Part shown: one piece after another, positions 12,213 through 25,378 of the stretch | How positions within the stretch are numbered: position 1 is the first letter of the stretch | Layout of the letters: every line of letters begins with the position of its first letter | Source: Octopus bimaculoides | Taxonomy: Eukaryota | Direction: 5' to 3' | DNA length: 64,000 bases | NCBI RefSeq assembly: GCF_001194135.2 | Contig: NC_068991.1 | Coordinates: 48,986,008 to 49,050,007, forward strand | Translations under genes and position numbers: made by a program | The notes under the pieces: model-generated | Told to the model about the DNA's origin: nothing | What the model saw: only the letters and a program-made list of their open reading frames with translations | Database searches by the model: none

Positions 12213-12582
12213 TCGGCAGATGTTATAAAGTGACTGAAAAGCCGAAACTTTTGTGCAATAGCAATTACAAAACTGTTTTCAAATTTACGAGCCTGCTTCT
12301 ATATAGATTGAATTTTAGTTATAGTTATCTCACGATTGTTCGAGAGAAAAAAAATTAAGATGGAGGGTCACGTGATAAACATATATTTTTCAATATTCTG
12401 TCCATTAAGCAATTCATTAAATAAATGAACGCCCTTTCAATTTTTTTTTCTTGTTCAAACCAGAGACACAATTATAATCATAATTCAATCTATAGAAAAG
12501 CAAACTAACAAATTTAAAGTCAATCCGGTTAGTGTTAGGCACGAAACACTCGGCCCGTGAATCTCTTTGTAACTTCTGCCGA
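12213..12582. mobile_element. MITE-like element with about 160 bp degenerate inverted arms
   Basis: 12213-12370 (TCGGCAGATGTTATAAAG...AAATTT...TATAGATTGAATT...) is the imperfect reverse complement of 12425-12582. The ORF-track translations on the two strands share FKF.SLL.YRLN. Confidence 0.7.
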
Positions 12583-13489
12583 ATAAAAGTAATTAAATAC
12601 ATAGAATCGAGTATTGATTTCTATTTATCCTGTTTATTCAGCCAAACCTAAAATTAATGTTAAAAATTAATATTACTACTACTACTACTACTATGATTAT
12701 TATTATTAATTTAAACATTCATTGCACGCTGATGCATCACACTAAATTAGGTATGCTGAGTTAAATTAAATATCTTTAATTAAATGCCAAAGAGTAATTA
12801 GTTTCCAGTAGCGTTTGGTCCCTTTGCGCAGCGGAAAAATGCTGACATTTGAGACAATGCCCTTTCGACTGGACATAATCACGTAATGGCGATCAGAACT
12901 GAAACCGATGAATATATTATTTGGTAGGGACATTAGGAAGATGAGCAATCATCGTTAAATATATATCTTGGGCAGAGAAGTGGTGGCAGAGATGGAGAGC
13001 CGAGAGTGCGGTTGGCTATGTATATATATTTTTGTCTTTCTACCGTAATCGAACTTATTGACATACTACAATAACTTCTGAATTTACAGTTACCTTTTTC
13101 GCCAGCACAGTTCCTCATCAATTTTCTTGGATTCCAAATTTCATCAGTATATAAATTTATCATTCAAATTTCTAAGTTTGAATTTGAGTAGGTTACATGA
13201 AATAAACACTAGTTGTGTACTGATGATTCTGTTGTTGTTACTGCTGCTGCTGCTGCTGCAGTTGTTGGGGAGTCTATCTTAAGGTTGTTCAGCCCTGACA
13301 GAGCAGATTAATGATCAGCAATTTTCCAATCATAGCCCATTCTTCCTTTTAGGTAATGTAGGATTAGGTAAATAAACGTGTACTTTATTTATATAAGATT
13401 GCATTAAGTGATATGAAGGAAATTTAATTGCTACTTCTACCATTACAATCTACCATATATAGGCTTCCACTAAAACAGGTACGGTTGTT

Positions 13490-13675
13490 AATCACATCGC
13501 TTTGTGGCATTTCGTCTGTCACTACGTTCTCAGTTCAAATTCCGCTGAGGTCGTCTTTGCCTTTCATCCTTCCAGGTCGATAGATTAAGTATACCAGTCG
13601 AGCACGGGGGTCAATTACATCAACTAGGCCCCTCCACCTAAATTTCAGGTTTTATGCCTATAGTGGAAAAGATTA
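13490..13675 (+). mobile_element. SINE family A copy ending in an ATT tract
   Basis: GTTCTCAGTTCAAATTCCGCTGAGGTCG...GATTATCATTATTATTATTA. Confidence 0.75.
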
Positions 13676-13689
13676 TCATTATTATTATT

Positions 13690-14765
13690 ACTATTCTTTT
13701 AATCTCAGGTTTTGTTGGAACTCCTGGAGTTTTACATGCGTAGCGGGCTTGGTGCCTGCAGCTTACAGTACCACGCTATCCGTTCTTTTCAACTAATACT
13801 TTCTTGATTATTCTGGCCGTATCAAGGAGGCAAAACTTTTGTAACAGTTCTACCTATTCCGGCTTCCTTTACATTCCCCTTGATGCCTTCTGATACTGTC
13901 CCCAAGGACCCAACAATAATTTGCACTATCTTCACCTTCTTCATTTTCCATAGCGGGGCTATTTCATACTTAAGAGGATGGTATGTATCTATTTCTTCGC
14001 CTTCCTTCCTGACTATTCGTAGGCAAAAGGGGCAAACAACATCAACTATATAGCAAATGTAGTGCATCTTATCGACCACCACTAGGTGCGGTCTGTTATG
14101 CTCTAGCACCTAATCTGTTTGGATTGGAAAATCCCAGAGGATTTTGCTAGTCTCCGACTGCGTCACTTTTTGCAGTTTATGCTCATACCACGTCTTGTCC
14201 CCACTTTTCGCGCAGTTTCCAGTGTAGCACTTTCGCTACCTCGTCGTGTTGTCACAACTTACAGTGGTTTTGGAGAAGTCTAGGGCATTCGTTCGTGTTA
14301 CGGGCAATGGTTCCGTCCACTCTATTACACATGCGGCACATCGGAAACACTTGTTCATTCTTTAAGTTGACTCTCCAATTCGTGGCCAAAGCTTGGTCTT
14401 GTGCTGCCTGTATATTGCTCTCAGTCTCTTTTTCAGTGTTCCCTTCATCCGCCAATCCCACCTATGTTTTCCAGCAACTTCAGTTGTGGCTACACGGAAT
14501 TGATTGCGTAGTCCCTTGTTGCGTAGTCCCTTGTTGCATAGTCCCTTGTTGCGTAATGATTCTTCATGTCCTTTTTGTACATCTTCCTTTGTTTTTCCTT
14601 TTTTTCTCCACTTTCAATAATCCCTCATTCCTAACTCATTCCTCACTTAGGGATAGGTATCTCAGTACACTCCCTAGTTCGATATGCAGTCTTCCGCATT
14701 TATCAGTCCCCTTCCAACATTTTATTCTCTTCATGTATAGGCGATTAGTGTCTGCACGTGGATGA
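13690..14765 (-). mobile_element. 3' relic of an R4/Dong-clade (RLE-type) non-LTR retrotransposon
   Basis: Minus frames give RGLINAEDCI, ETESNIQAAQDQAL..CRMC..TI..EC (CCHC knuckle), HNRPHLVVVDK..DVVCP..KE.E.ID.Y..LK.EIAPLWKMK (restriction-like endonuclease) and TARIIKKVL. The 3' end abuts (TAA)n. Contains stops and frameshifts. Confidence 0.85.
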
Positions 14766-15655
14766 TGGGTTCGATTTTTGTCATTATATTTATTATACGC
14801 TGAGGCATCAAACTAAATTAAGCATTTTGAGTGAAATTAAATGTGTTTAATTAAATGCCAAGCAGTAATTAGTTTCCAGTAGCGTTTGATCCCTTCGCGC
14901 AGTGGAAAAAACTGACGTTTCAGACAATGCCCTTTCGACAGTACCTCGAATGGATGCACATAAAGTTTGTCATATATTGTGACATATCATATATGTCATA
15001 TATTGTCATATATTGTGTTACGCTAGTCTAATTCGGATCTGGAATTAAATTAAAGGTACACTTGTCTGTGGAATACTCAGCCACGTAGGGATTAATTTAA
15101 CGAGTCGGACATGCACTTGATCGAACAACTGAATACTCATCGTTGAAACCGATGAAGGACCCGTAATTTGTTTATATTTCAGCTATTTGTCATTTGTAAC
15201 ATGTTTTTTCATTGTTTTCAGTCAGGTATTTGGTGTTCAGTGTTTCTAACAGAATAACAAGGTTACAATTCGAAGTTCTCATGAGCCGAATTTTTGTTTT
15301 CATGTTTCACTTAACTTTGTTATTAATTTGAGAGAAAAAAAATAATTGCATTTATGACCCACTCAGAGATCAAACAACTATAGTTGTAAATTCTAAGCAA
15401 AAATATTCTGTCGTTTCGATTTCGAGTCTCGTTATAATTGGTATTACATAAACAGCATCTGTTTCCTTTCATCCCAATTCTCATTTTTCTAAGACAATTA
15501 GAAGCAGGCATGCTTATGTAATAAAGAAACTTGCTTTGGTGGTTTCATGCTCTGCTCCACTGCGCGACACCTTGGGTAAAAGCCTTCCACTACTGCATTG
15601 GATTGACCAATATCATGTGAGTGTAATTGGTAAGAGGAAAGAGTGGGGAAGATAG

Positions 15656-15700
<45 letters not shown>

Positions 15701-16439
15701 CGTGTGTGTGTGTGTGTGTGTGTGCGTGTGCGTGTTTGCCCTTCCCCCGCCGAACTGCTTGATAACTTGATTCGGTTTGTTTAAATTCCTGTATCATAGT
15801 GGTTCGGCAAGAGATCAATATAATATGTTTTCATAGCGGTTCGGCAATAGAGATCAATATAATATGTTTCAGGCTTAAGTACTGCGGTCAATTTGTTCGG
15901 CTTAACCCTTTAAAGCAGTGCCCGAGCATGGCAACAGTCCAAAGACTGAAACATTTAAAAGATAAAAGATAAATAATACAAAATCTTGAATCATTTAAAT
16001 TGATGCATATCGTAGAGCTGAGCTAATGGAAATCGACTGGATATGTCACCATGTTGAGTTCAGATCCTTCAATGGATACTTAATATAAAATTAGCTCCCT
16101 TGACGCCTGGGGTTGAAACATTTATGAGATCTAAGTGACTGCTAATTGAACTTAGAAGTTCAACACGCAATCTTAATCTTTTTAAATACGGTGATCATCC
16201 ATAATCGATTAGCTGAAAGCTATCAATAAGCATAAAATTTCGATTTTAGAATGTTAATACTTGCTGCTGTTTAAGCCGAGTGTGATATTCTCAAATATTA
16301 ATTAGTATAACTTAATTTCAAAGGTGTACATTAATTATTGGATCTATTTACTCCTGTATGAACTGGAGCATTGAATGTTAGAAGGCCAGCAGCCATGTAC
16401 ACTTCTCTTAGCTGATGTGACAACAGGCTCGTAGGCACC

Positions 16440-16795
16440 TTAAAAACGTGGCCGAATTACGCTTAATGGCATTTCGTCAGTATTTACATTATAAGTTCAA
16501 ATTCTGCCGAGGTCGTCTTTGCCTTTCATCCTTTCGAGATTGATAAAATAAGTACCAGCAGGGACGGGCTCAAGGTGGGGTGGCATGAGGGGCACGTGCC
16601 CCGCCTCAATAGAAGAACTGCGCCTTTCTAAATAATGATATTACGCCCTTTTCTCCTAGATTTGTATTCCGTTCTGACCTTGTACCCTCTCTTCGAAAAA
16701 TTCCTGAGACTGCGCCTGACCAGTTGAGCGCTGGGGTCGGTGTAATCAACTTACCCCCGCCCCCGTAATTGCCGGTCTTGTGCCAAAATTTAAAT
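16440..16795 (+). mobile_element. SINE family A copy interrupted by a 160 bp insertion
   Basis: SINE sequence AAGTACCAG|TTGAGC is split by 16559-16718. Confidence 0.75.
16559..16718. mobile_element. MITE with CAGG...CCTG termini nested in a SINE
   Basis: TIR-like CAGGGACGGGCTCAAGG / CCTGAGACTGCGCCTG, internal palindrome GGGGCACGTGCCCC, and ACCAG duplicated on both sides. Confidence 0.65.
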
Positions 16796-17044
16796 GTGAC
16801 ATTCTTGTAGAGAGGCTGGTGGCTGAACTGATAAACTGCCAGACAATATACTTTATGGTATTTAGCACTTAGTTCAAATCCCTTCAGGGGTGTATTTGTC
16901 TCTCATCGATTCAAGATTGATAAAGTAAGTTTTACAAGTTATCTTAGTTCAGCCCCAAGGACAGAGCAAACCTATGATGACGGATATTCCAGTAATGACT
17001 ATACAATCTTTTTAAACCTCAGGCATACATAGTCTCAGTGATCT

Positions 17045-17270
17045 TTCATTTCTTTTAACTTCCTTTTATCTTTTAATTGTTTCACCCATTAGACTGCGGC
17101 CATGCTGGGGCACTCCCTTGAAGAATTTTAGTCGAACAAATCAAACCTAGTACTTATCTTTTTAAAGCCTGGTACTTATTCCATCGCATCTTTTGCCGAA
17201 CCACTAAGTTAAGGGTACAAAACACTCCAACGCAGATCGTCAAGTGATGTTGTGGGACAAACACACGTTG
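17045..17270 (-). mobile_element. SINE family B partial copy
   Basis: Reverse complement of the 3' half of 51873-52290 (GACTGCGGCCATGCTGGGGCAC...). Other partial copies at about 15735-15970 (+), 18265-18430 (-) and 42475-42690 (+). Confidence 0.75.
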
Positions 17271-17354
17271 TTCTGAATTCACTTCGACACCTGATGTGTG
17301 GTACAGGCAATGTCGATTTTGAGGACAGAGCGACCTAATGTACAGCCCCAAAAT

Positions 17355-17445
17355 TATCATCATCATCGTCATCAACATCATCATCGTCATCAACATCATC
17401 ATCGTCATCAACATCATCATCGTCATCAACATCATCGTCGTCATC
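17355..17445. repeat. 18 bp minisatellite CATCATCATCGTCATCAA, about 4 copies
   Basis: Direct reading of the sequence. Confidence 0.8.
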
Positions 17446-18659
17446 TTTATTATAATCATCATCACCTTTTGTATGTTTATTGAAAGGAGACAGAGTGAGG
17501 GACAGTGTTCATAAAATGATGTTGTAGCGTTCTGGCAATTTATCTAGCTATTCAAGAACGATTAAACTTCTATGTAACGACAACGACTGTGAGGGTTGGA
17601 ACTGTGAGGGTTTGAATATGCTGCTATTTGCATGTCCAATTGTTTTACCATTTTATTTTATTGTTGGTGTTGCTGTTATAGCTTAACCTCGGGTAAATCA
17701 AACATACCTTTCGTTAAAAGAGTTCCATCTGTGTCCACCTCTCCTTTTCTAGTTTATCTAAACGCATGATTATCTAATAAGTACTCGTTTTATTTTAGAC
17801 AATAGCATGCGATTGATTAACAGGAAATTTGGATGTTACTTCTAGCAGAGCAAACGCAACATAGAGAAGATTTTGTTGGTTCATTCTGTTGGTATTGTTG
17901 TTTTTGTTGTTGTTAATGCTCTTGTTGTTGTTGTTGCTTGTCCTCAGGTGAGTCTTGACGGAAGGATTTCCAACAGTTACTATTCCGTCTACTGCATTGT
18001 AGCAACGAATAGATGATCAAATGTGTCTTCGCCTTATTTCAGATAGTAGGAAGTGGTTTGGTTTTAGCGAGATTTAATTATTAATTTTAGCAGGACAAGT
18101 AGCAACGTAGAGAAGCCCTCTTTGGCTCATTCTCTTAACTACCGTTGCTCTTATTTTGCTGTTACTGTTTAGTTCTCAGTTAGTCCTGACCGAGCAGATC
18201 TATTATCAAAGGAGTTTCAGCTGTGACAACCTCATCTCGCTTTATGACGGTCTGTATCTAGCTTCCTTTTCAATGACACTAGGCTGTGGTGCAAGAGAAG
18301 TTTGACTGCTACTTCTTGCAAAAAGTGCAATCTACCAGAAGCTCTTTTGGATTCGATTGTTCACTAGTGGGATTGAACCCGGTACCATATGTTTGGGAAG
18401 TAAACTTCTTACCGCACAGCAACACCTTCACCTATATATATANNNNNNNNNNNNNNNNNNNNNNNNNNNNNNNNNNNNNNNNNNNNNNNNNNNNNNNNNN
18501 NNNNNNNNNNNNNNNNNNNNNNNNNNNNNNNNNNNNNNNNNNNNNNNNNNNNNNNNNNNNNNNNNNNNNNNNNNNNNNNNNNNNNNNNNNNNNNNNNNNN
18601 NNNNNNNNNNNNNNNNNNNNNNNNNNNNNNNNNNNNNNNNNNNNNNNNNNNNATATATG

Positions 18660-18706
<47 letters not shown>

Positions 18707-19149
18707 GTGCAACATCGATATTCCTCCCTGTGCCTGTGAAACTTTGTATCCCTGCTGTAAGGCTTTATTTCCACACACGCCAGCTTAATTTAATTCGTCC
18801 TTAGTCAAAAGATTCCTGCTGTTATGTCCTGTTATTATTTTTATTGTATTTGTATAACATTGTCCGTTTTTTACCGTCCTTGTTTTTGTATACATTCGCT
18901 GCTTTCTTCCAAGGAATTTAATGCTCTTAGCTTAGTTTTTCCTTGGGGCTGACCAGATTGGAGCAGGGTATATAATATCACTTGCCAAAATCAAAGCCAT
19001 TGTTCTAAAGACAACCATAAAAATTACGAGAAAGATACTCACGAATAGACGTTTATATAGTTACATAAAAATATTGCTAAGATCGTGATGTATTTTATCT
19101 TCAACTTGAGAATATAGTTCTATATGTATATTTTCTTTTTTTTATCATA

Positions 19150-19690
19150 CTGGCATGCGAAGCCAATCGTGGTTCTTCATGCGATTTTGGATTTCACACA
19201 AGTGATTTCACACTATCGCCTATCCAGTATCTTACTATACCTTCCCTGGCTTCTTTTCCCCTTTAGATTTCCAGTAGATGTTCGAGACTGTATCTACTTC
19301 GCTGCTGTCCAATGAACTTAACCTTCTGTTTCATGACGCTGTTAAGAAGTTTTCTGATGGTTTTTGTTTGTCTGAGTACTTCAGCGTTTGTTACTCTCTC
19401 TGCATAGTATTTATTCGGGTTTCGTCAAAGAACGACATTACTACAACATTTATAAGCTTTTGCACTTGTCTGTTGATATTCAAGAAGACGTGTCCATATG
19501 TAAGTATGGGTTTTATGTCTTCTAGGATTTTTTTCCTCACCAATGCCAGACGAATATTTGAACAGACATATTTCATCTTCCAAAACCAACTTTGGCCTCT
19601 CCAGTCTTTGATTAAATGTTTTTGATGTTTTTCTCCAACTGGTTCATAAATATTTAAAATTATCGATGCTTTTCAAAATCGCTCCAATAA
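19150..19690 (-). mobile_element. RTE-clade LINE RT/3' relic
   Basis: Minus frames give LKSIDNFKYL...YIWTRLLEY...ERVTNAEVLRQ..RKLLNSVMKQK.K.IG, matching the RTE ORF C-terminus. Many stops. Confidence 0.7.
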
Positions 19691-20019
19691 TTCTTATGTT
19701 GCAAACTGGTGATGCAGAAGACGCAAAAAAAAAACGTTCGAATTTTTATAGCCATCGGTCTGGAACTAGTGGAGTTAAAGTAGATGATAATGATTTCGTC
19801 ATGTAGCTAACATCTTATTGCTTGGGGATTTTTTAGTTACCATTGTGACTGAGACTTAGGCACACTGTGCTATTGAAACGTTTATCAAGAATGGGAAAGG
19901 TGAAGTGTTTTTATCGTACCTTGTACTTTCTTTTAAATTGTCATAATCGCCATTAAAACCCAAGTTTAACTTTTCACTCTCATAATTAATATTTTTTATA
20001 TTATAAGCAAAATGAAATC

Positions 20020-20520
20020 TTTCTACTACAGGCCTGGAAATTTAGGGGAGGGGCTAGTCGATTACATAAACTCCGGTGCTCCACTGCTACTTATTTTATC
20101 GATTCGAAAGGCGAAGTTGACCTCGGTGGAATTTGAACTCAGAACGTAATGCTGTAAAACATACTGCTGCGCATTTTGTCCGTTGTGTTAACGATTCTGC
20201 CAACTCGCCAGTCTCCTCTCACAAATAATTATTTTCTACTATAGGTATAAGGCCAGGTGTTAGCGTAAGCGGATAGCTTGTGCTAATTTCATCGGATGAA
20301 AGGCAAAGCCAACCTCAACGAAATTTGAACCCAGAACGTGAACGTAAAGAGTCGGAAGAAATGCCGCTAAGCATTTTTTTCAGCGTGCTATCAATTCTGC
20401 GAGCTCACCACCTTACTCCCATAAATAATAATCCTTTCTACTATAGGCACAAGGCCTGAAATTTTGTGAGAAGGGCAAGTTAATTACATCGACCTCAGTG
20501 CGTGATTTGTGCTTATTTCG
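20020..20520 (-). mobile_element. Three minus-strand SINE family A copies
   Basis: GGAATTTGAACTCAGAACGTAA...GATTCTGCCAACTCGCC motifs at about 20020-20205, 20230-20412 and 20440-20520. Confidence 0.75.
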
Positions 20521-20726
20521 TACTTAATTAATTATACAAACTAACTTCTGTAGATCTTTCTCTCATATTTCTGTGGTTACTGTATCGTCTGCATAAAAGG
20601 ATATTGTTGATATTTTGCCCTACTATGGGTACATCCGATGGATGTTCAATACATCGCATGATTAAAAAATCGAAGTGATTACAACTAATAAATCTATTCT
20701 TGTTGTACACGTTCTTTTATGTACGG

Positions 20727-21112
20727 TGGAAATGTTGTTGTTGGCACTCCGTCGCTTACGACATCGAGAGTTCCAGTTGATCCGATCAACAGAACAGCCT
20801 GCTCATGAAATGAACGTGCAAGTGGCTGAGCACTCCACAGACACGTGTACCCTTAACGTAGTTCTCGGGGATATTCAGCGTGACACAGTGTGACAAGGCT
20901 GACCCTTTGAATTACAGGCACAACAGAAACGGGAAGAAAGAGTGAGAGAAAGTTGTGGTGGAAGAGTACAGCAGTGTTCGCCACCATCCCCTACCGGAGA
21001 GTTTTAGGTGTTTTCGCTCAATAAACACTCACAACGCCCGGTCTGGGAATCGAAACCGCGATCCTTTGACCGCGAATCCGCTGCCCTAACCACTGGGCCA
21101 TTGCGCCTCCAC
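20727..21112 (-). mobile_element. tRNA-derived SINE family C, near full length
   Basis: Minus-strand head GTGGAGGCGCAATGGCCCAGTGGTTAGGGCAGCGG...GGTTTCGATTCCCAG with A and B boxes. The 3' domain GTACACGTGTCTGTGGAGTGCTCAGCCAC recurs degenerate at about 15055-15150 and 41235-41340. Confidence 0.8.
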
Positions 21113-21586
21113 GCGGTGGAAATACTCCAATAATATTTCATTCATGACGTCATTATTGACTTAGTGCAAATTCATATCAGTAAGAGTACAGTTTTTATTT
21201 TTCGTTTCTGAGCTGACTTTTACACCATACTAATAAAAAAAATATTATTAGCTCTTTCTTTTTCGTTAATGAGGTGACATGTATAGCTTTTACATACTTT
21301 GCATCACTCATGTAAATGGAATTAAAATGTGTCAGAAATCTAATGCATTGTGTCTGAGATTTGACATAATTGGCTTCAATATTCGCTTCTCAAAGTAATT
21401 TTCATGTGTGTCTTTTATAAGTATTTCGAACATATATTTTAGTAATAACAGTACTTTTAATGATATACAGCCTTTCCATTACATAATCTGATGATGATAT
21501 TGGGAGGGATTGTGATTAAAACTTAGCAGAGAAACAGTCGATATATACACACGTACACATATACTTATATATGTGTCGGTGTCAGA

Positions 21587-21618
<32 letters not shown>

Positions 21619-21726
21619 GTATTTACACATATACATACTTATATTTATTAATTCTTTTATACGTTTCAGCCCTAATGCTGTGCCTATGCTGGAGCACCAT
21701 CATGTGTGTGTTTGTGTGTATGTGTA

Positions 21727-21761
<35 letters not shown>

Positions 21762-21849
21762 CATATCATCTCATCTTCTTCACTCATTTATCCTGGGAGG
21801 GTGTGGGGCAGTGTCCTCAAGCACGCTATCCATCGGCTCCTGTCAGAAG

Positions 21850-22560
21850 CAACTGTTTCCAATTGATCTGGCTGGATCCTCAACCAAGACCAACCAAGCT
21901 CACGGATACTATCCAAAACATCTTGCACGTGGTCCACTCCTGGGCTCTTGTTTAGTCTTGCCCATTAAACCTGTCCAGCGATTCTTTCCTGAAACATTTC
22001 TAGTACCTATCCGTAGTATAGTATCGTTGCTGTGATTTCTCAATTCGGAAAAGTAGCGTCTAGCGCTTCTCTAATCTCCGAGCTGCATACTCTGTCGTGT
22101 AAAGTTACTCCAAAGACTCTTCCGACGAACCCTATCTTGGCCGCTTGTATTCATGATTGTATTCTTTCTATCAGTACACTAGATACATGACCATAAGTAA
22201 AAGCAGGCACGAACACCAAATTGAAGATAGAGAGTTTGCCTTTTACACCTACCTCCATCTTAATGATGAGCGTATGGTGAAACTGGTGCATTGCTGCACC
22301 AGCTCCTGCAATTCTTGTACTTAGTTAAGTCTTCTACTTTCCATCATTCATGAAATGGCCCTGAAATGCATTAACTTCTCTACCTGTTTCAATAGAACTC
22401 ATTCACATGTAGAGTGCATTGCGCAGTCTTCCTTGAGAGGACGAGTGTCTGTCTTCGCAACACCGATTTTCATTCCTGCCAGCAGCACTCGGCAGCAAAA
22501 CTATCAACTACATGTCGAAGATCACCTATGTATAACAGTTAATTGTAAGATGCAAATGTC
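21850..22560 (-). mobile_element. RTE-clade LINE relic
   Basis: Minus frames give GMKIGVAKT...RIAGAGAAMHQFHHTL...KLSIFNLVFVPAFTYGH...IQAAKIGF.GRV.GVTLHDRVCSSEIREAL. Confidence 0.8.
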
Positions 22561-23312
22561 AACAATTATGACATGTTGAAAGTCGAAATGTAGCCATTTG
22601 TAAGAGACTTGATGCGTCGGTTTACCAGATGTAAGTGGCACGTTGGAGTCAGGAAATGTTAACGGTATAATTATAACTGGTAGACCGTAGAAGGTTGAGA
22701 CGTGGCAGAATGGAGATACAAAGAGGCTGAGAAAGGTTGTCTGTGATAGTTAATTATTTCTGGATACACTGAGAGAAACTGAAGCGAGATGATTTATACT
22801 CATACATTTTATTCAACCTTACGAATTTTTTTCAGAATTACGACGATTTGGAAGTAATTACAAATGTTAGAGAATCTTTTGCAGTGGGCTGCTGCAGAGT
22901 TTATGTGAAGCTGACGTGAGGTTATCATAGATGAGAAAGTAAATGTCTACAAGCGGTAGAGTAATATATTAGGGAAATTAATTCTCAGAAAGTTGCATAG
23001 AGAAAGAGACTGTTTCTCAACAGGTAAATCGAATTTATAGCTGTCCTAAAGTTGAACTAGGTCAATAACAATGAAATTGGATGATCTATCTAAATCAAAT
23101 TCTGTCTCATTTAAGATGGTGGAGAATTTGACAGGTTGAAACCATGGAATCAAGCATGAAGACTGAGGTTTCCATTCTTGTTTACGAATTCATTATGTCT
23201 CCCGAACACACGCATACATACTTACACATACACACACACATATATGAATGGTGTATGTACGTACACACATACATATACATATATGAATGGTGTATGTATG
23301 CACATACACACA

Positions 23313-23356
<44 letters not shown>

Positions 23357-23589
23357 AAGTTTGTACAAAAGATGGTGATTTACGTCGTTGCTGTACAGAC
23401 ATTTTTGCTTCAAGCAATAATTTCTCCACGCAAGTGTCGTATTAAGCAACAAACTTTGGAAAATGATAGAATCAATCCCCATCGTCTTACAAATTCATAT
23501 ATTAATATATGTATTGAATAAAACATTTGACAGATTTTTTAATCAAAGAGAACATATATCGATCTATATATTTATTCACTTACCCGCCA

Positions 23590-23667
<78 letters not shown>

Positions 23668-23873
23668 ACAGATATATGTTTATATATAACGATGACCATT
23701 AAGTGGACATTTAATGTGCTAGAAGAAGATCACATGTTGTGTCTACTAAGACCTAATAGTTCTCAAAAGAAATTCAGCGAAATACCAAACCGCATGCTGG
23801 CAAGACAGTGAAAATTACATAAATAAAACATTGTTATTCGGGGACCGGTTTCGGAATTAATATTCTCTTACCG

Positions 23874-23925
<52 letters not shown>

Positions 23926-23934
23926 TTTATCTTT

Positions 23935-24144
23935 TTTTAATTGTTTTAGTAATTTGACTGCGGCCATGCTGGAGCACCGCCTTGAACCGTTTTACTCGAA
24001 CGAATCGACTCCAGGCCATTTTAAAGCTTGGTATTACTCTATCGATCTCTTTTGCACAATCTCTAAGTTACGGGAGCGTAAACACACCGTCACCAGTCGT
24101 CAAGCGGAGATGAGGGACAAGCACACGCATACACACAAACATAC

Positions 24145-24190
<46 letters not shown>

Positions 24191-24209
24191 TACATACATA
24201 TACTTGTAT

Positions 24210-24242
<33 letters not shown>

Positions 24243-24455
24243 AAGAGAGAGAGAGAGATTACATATATACACATACATACATACATACATACATATACAT
24301 ACATGCGACGGGCTTCTTTCAGTTTCCATTAACCTGATCCACTAACAATATTTTGGTCAGCCCGTGGCTATAGTAGCGAACACTTGACCAAAGTGCCACA
24401 CTGTAGGATTGAACCCGAAACCATGTGATTGGTAAACAAGCTACTTAAAACATGG
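23935..24455 (-). mobile_element. SINE family B copy split by (TA)n/(TAGA)n/(TACA)n expansion
   Basis: 3' half at 23935-24130 and tRNA-like head at 24305-24455. Confidence 0.75.
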
Positions 24456-25330
24456 CCAGTCATATATGTATAAATGTACGCATATATGCATGTACATGTG
24501 ATGGTTGTCTACTTGTAAGCTGAACTTGTAAACTGAACTTGTAACCTGACAGATAATGCCAACAATGCTCATGTGTGTGTTTTAAGTCGAGTGTGACATA
24601 TACACCTCAATGACTCTCACAGGTAATACCAAGAAACCCAGAGATAAGCAAAGTGCAATATATCTGGTTCAATAGAGCAGCAATTTTTATATAAGAGTTA
24701 GTCTTCTAAGGGGATGCATTAGAAAAGAACCAGGCCTCCCTCGCTCCCTGTGGATTTACTGCACCTCTGGCACCAACCCGAGTATTTTTATGCAAGACCA
24801 CTCACATACAAGTTAATGCATGACTGGGACGCGTTAGTGCTACTATTCCAGGTCAGAGTAGACCTGGGGACAGCGGTGTCTAAGAGGTTGATTCACACAC
24901 TTCAACAGAACGTTTGAACTCTTGATTCAGAGCCCCAGTAGCGCAACTTGAAGTCCTACTCATGAATACATTCATATATATATNNNNNNNNNNATGTATG
25001 TATGTATGTATGTATGTATGTATGTATACATACATATATGTACAGATACGTATATTATATATACTGCTAGCCACTTGATAATATTTTCACATTTGATTCC
25101 AATTCATAAGAATTTTTATATTTTTCGTCTAATTATTTCTTTTTATAATAGTGCTCGCTTGCTTAGAAAATATTGCTTTCATTATTTTATGACAGTCATA
25201 ATCTCTCTTTCTGAAACAAACATCACAGCAGTCCATCAACAGAGGGAGAAGCAGTTTATCAAGTTTTACCTTCCCCTCAAAGCAACATAGACATTTCAAT
25301 TCAGCAGCCCATCTGTAAGCTTTACAGCGT

Positions 25331-25378
<48 letters not shown>

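Larger units (their letters stand above)
12726..14940. repeat. Dispersed about 145 bp repeat, two direct copies (12726-12870 and 14797-14940)
   Basis: Shared TTAATTAAATGCCAA..GTAATTAGTTTCCAGTAGCGTTTG.TCCCTT.GCGCAG.GGAAAAA..CTGAC.TTT.AGACAATGCCCTTTCGAC. Confidence 0.85.

Noticed and set aside
14905-14946. Hammerhead-like CTGTCGA...GAAACGTC on the minus strand of the 12.7/14.8 kb repeat
   Set aside because: Helix I does not pair, helix II is weak, and the second copy reads CAGTCGA...CAAATGTC.
21030-21112. tRNA-like sequences here and at 51873-51935 and 40675-40740
   Set aside because: They continue into SINE bodies and lack a closed cloverleaf; not tRNA genes.
21144-21153. Perfect CRE palindrome ATGACGTCAT
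   Set aside because: It is 19 kb from the gene, and roughly one such 8-mer is expected by chance in 64 kb.
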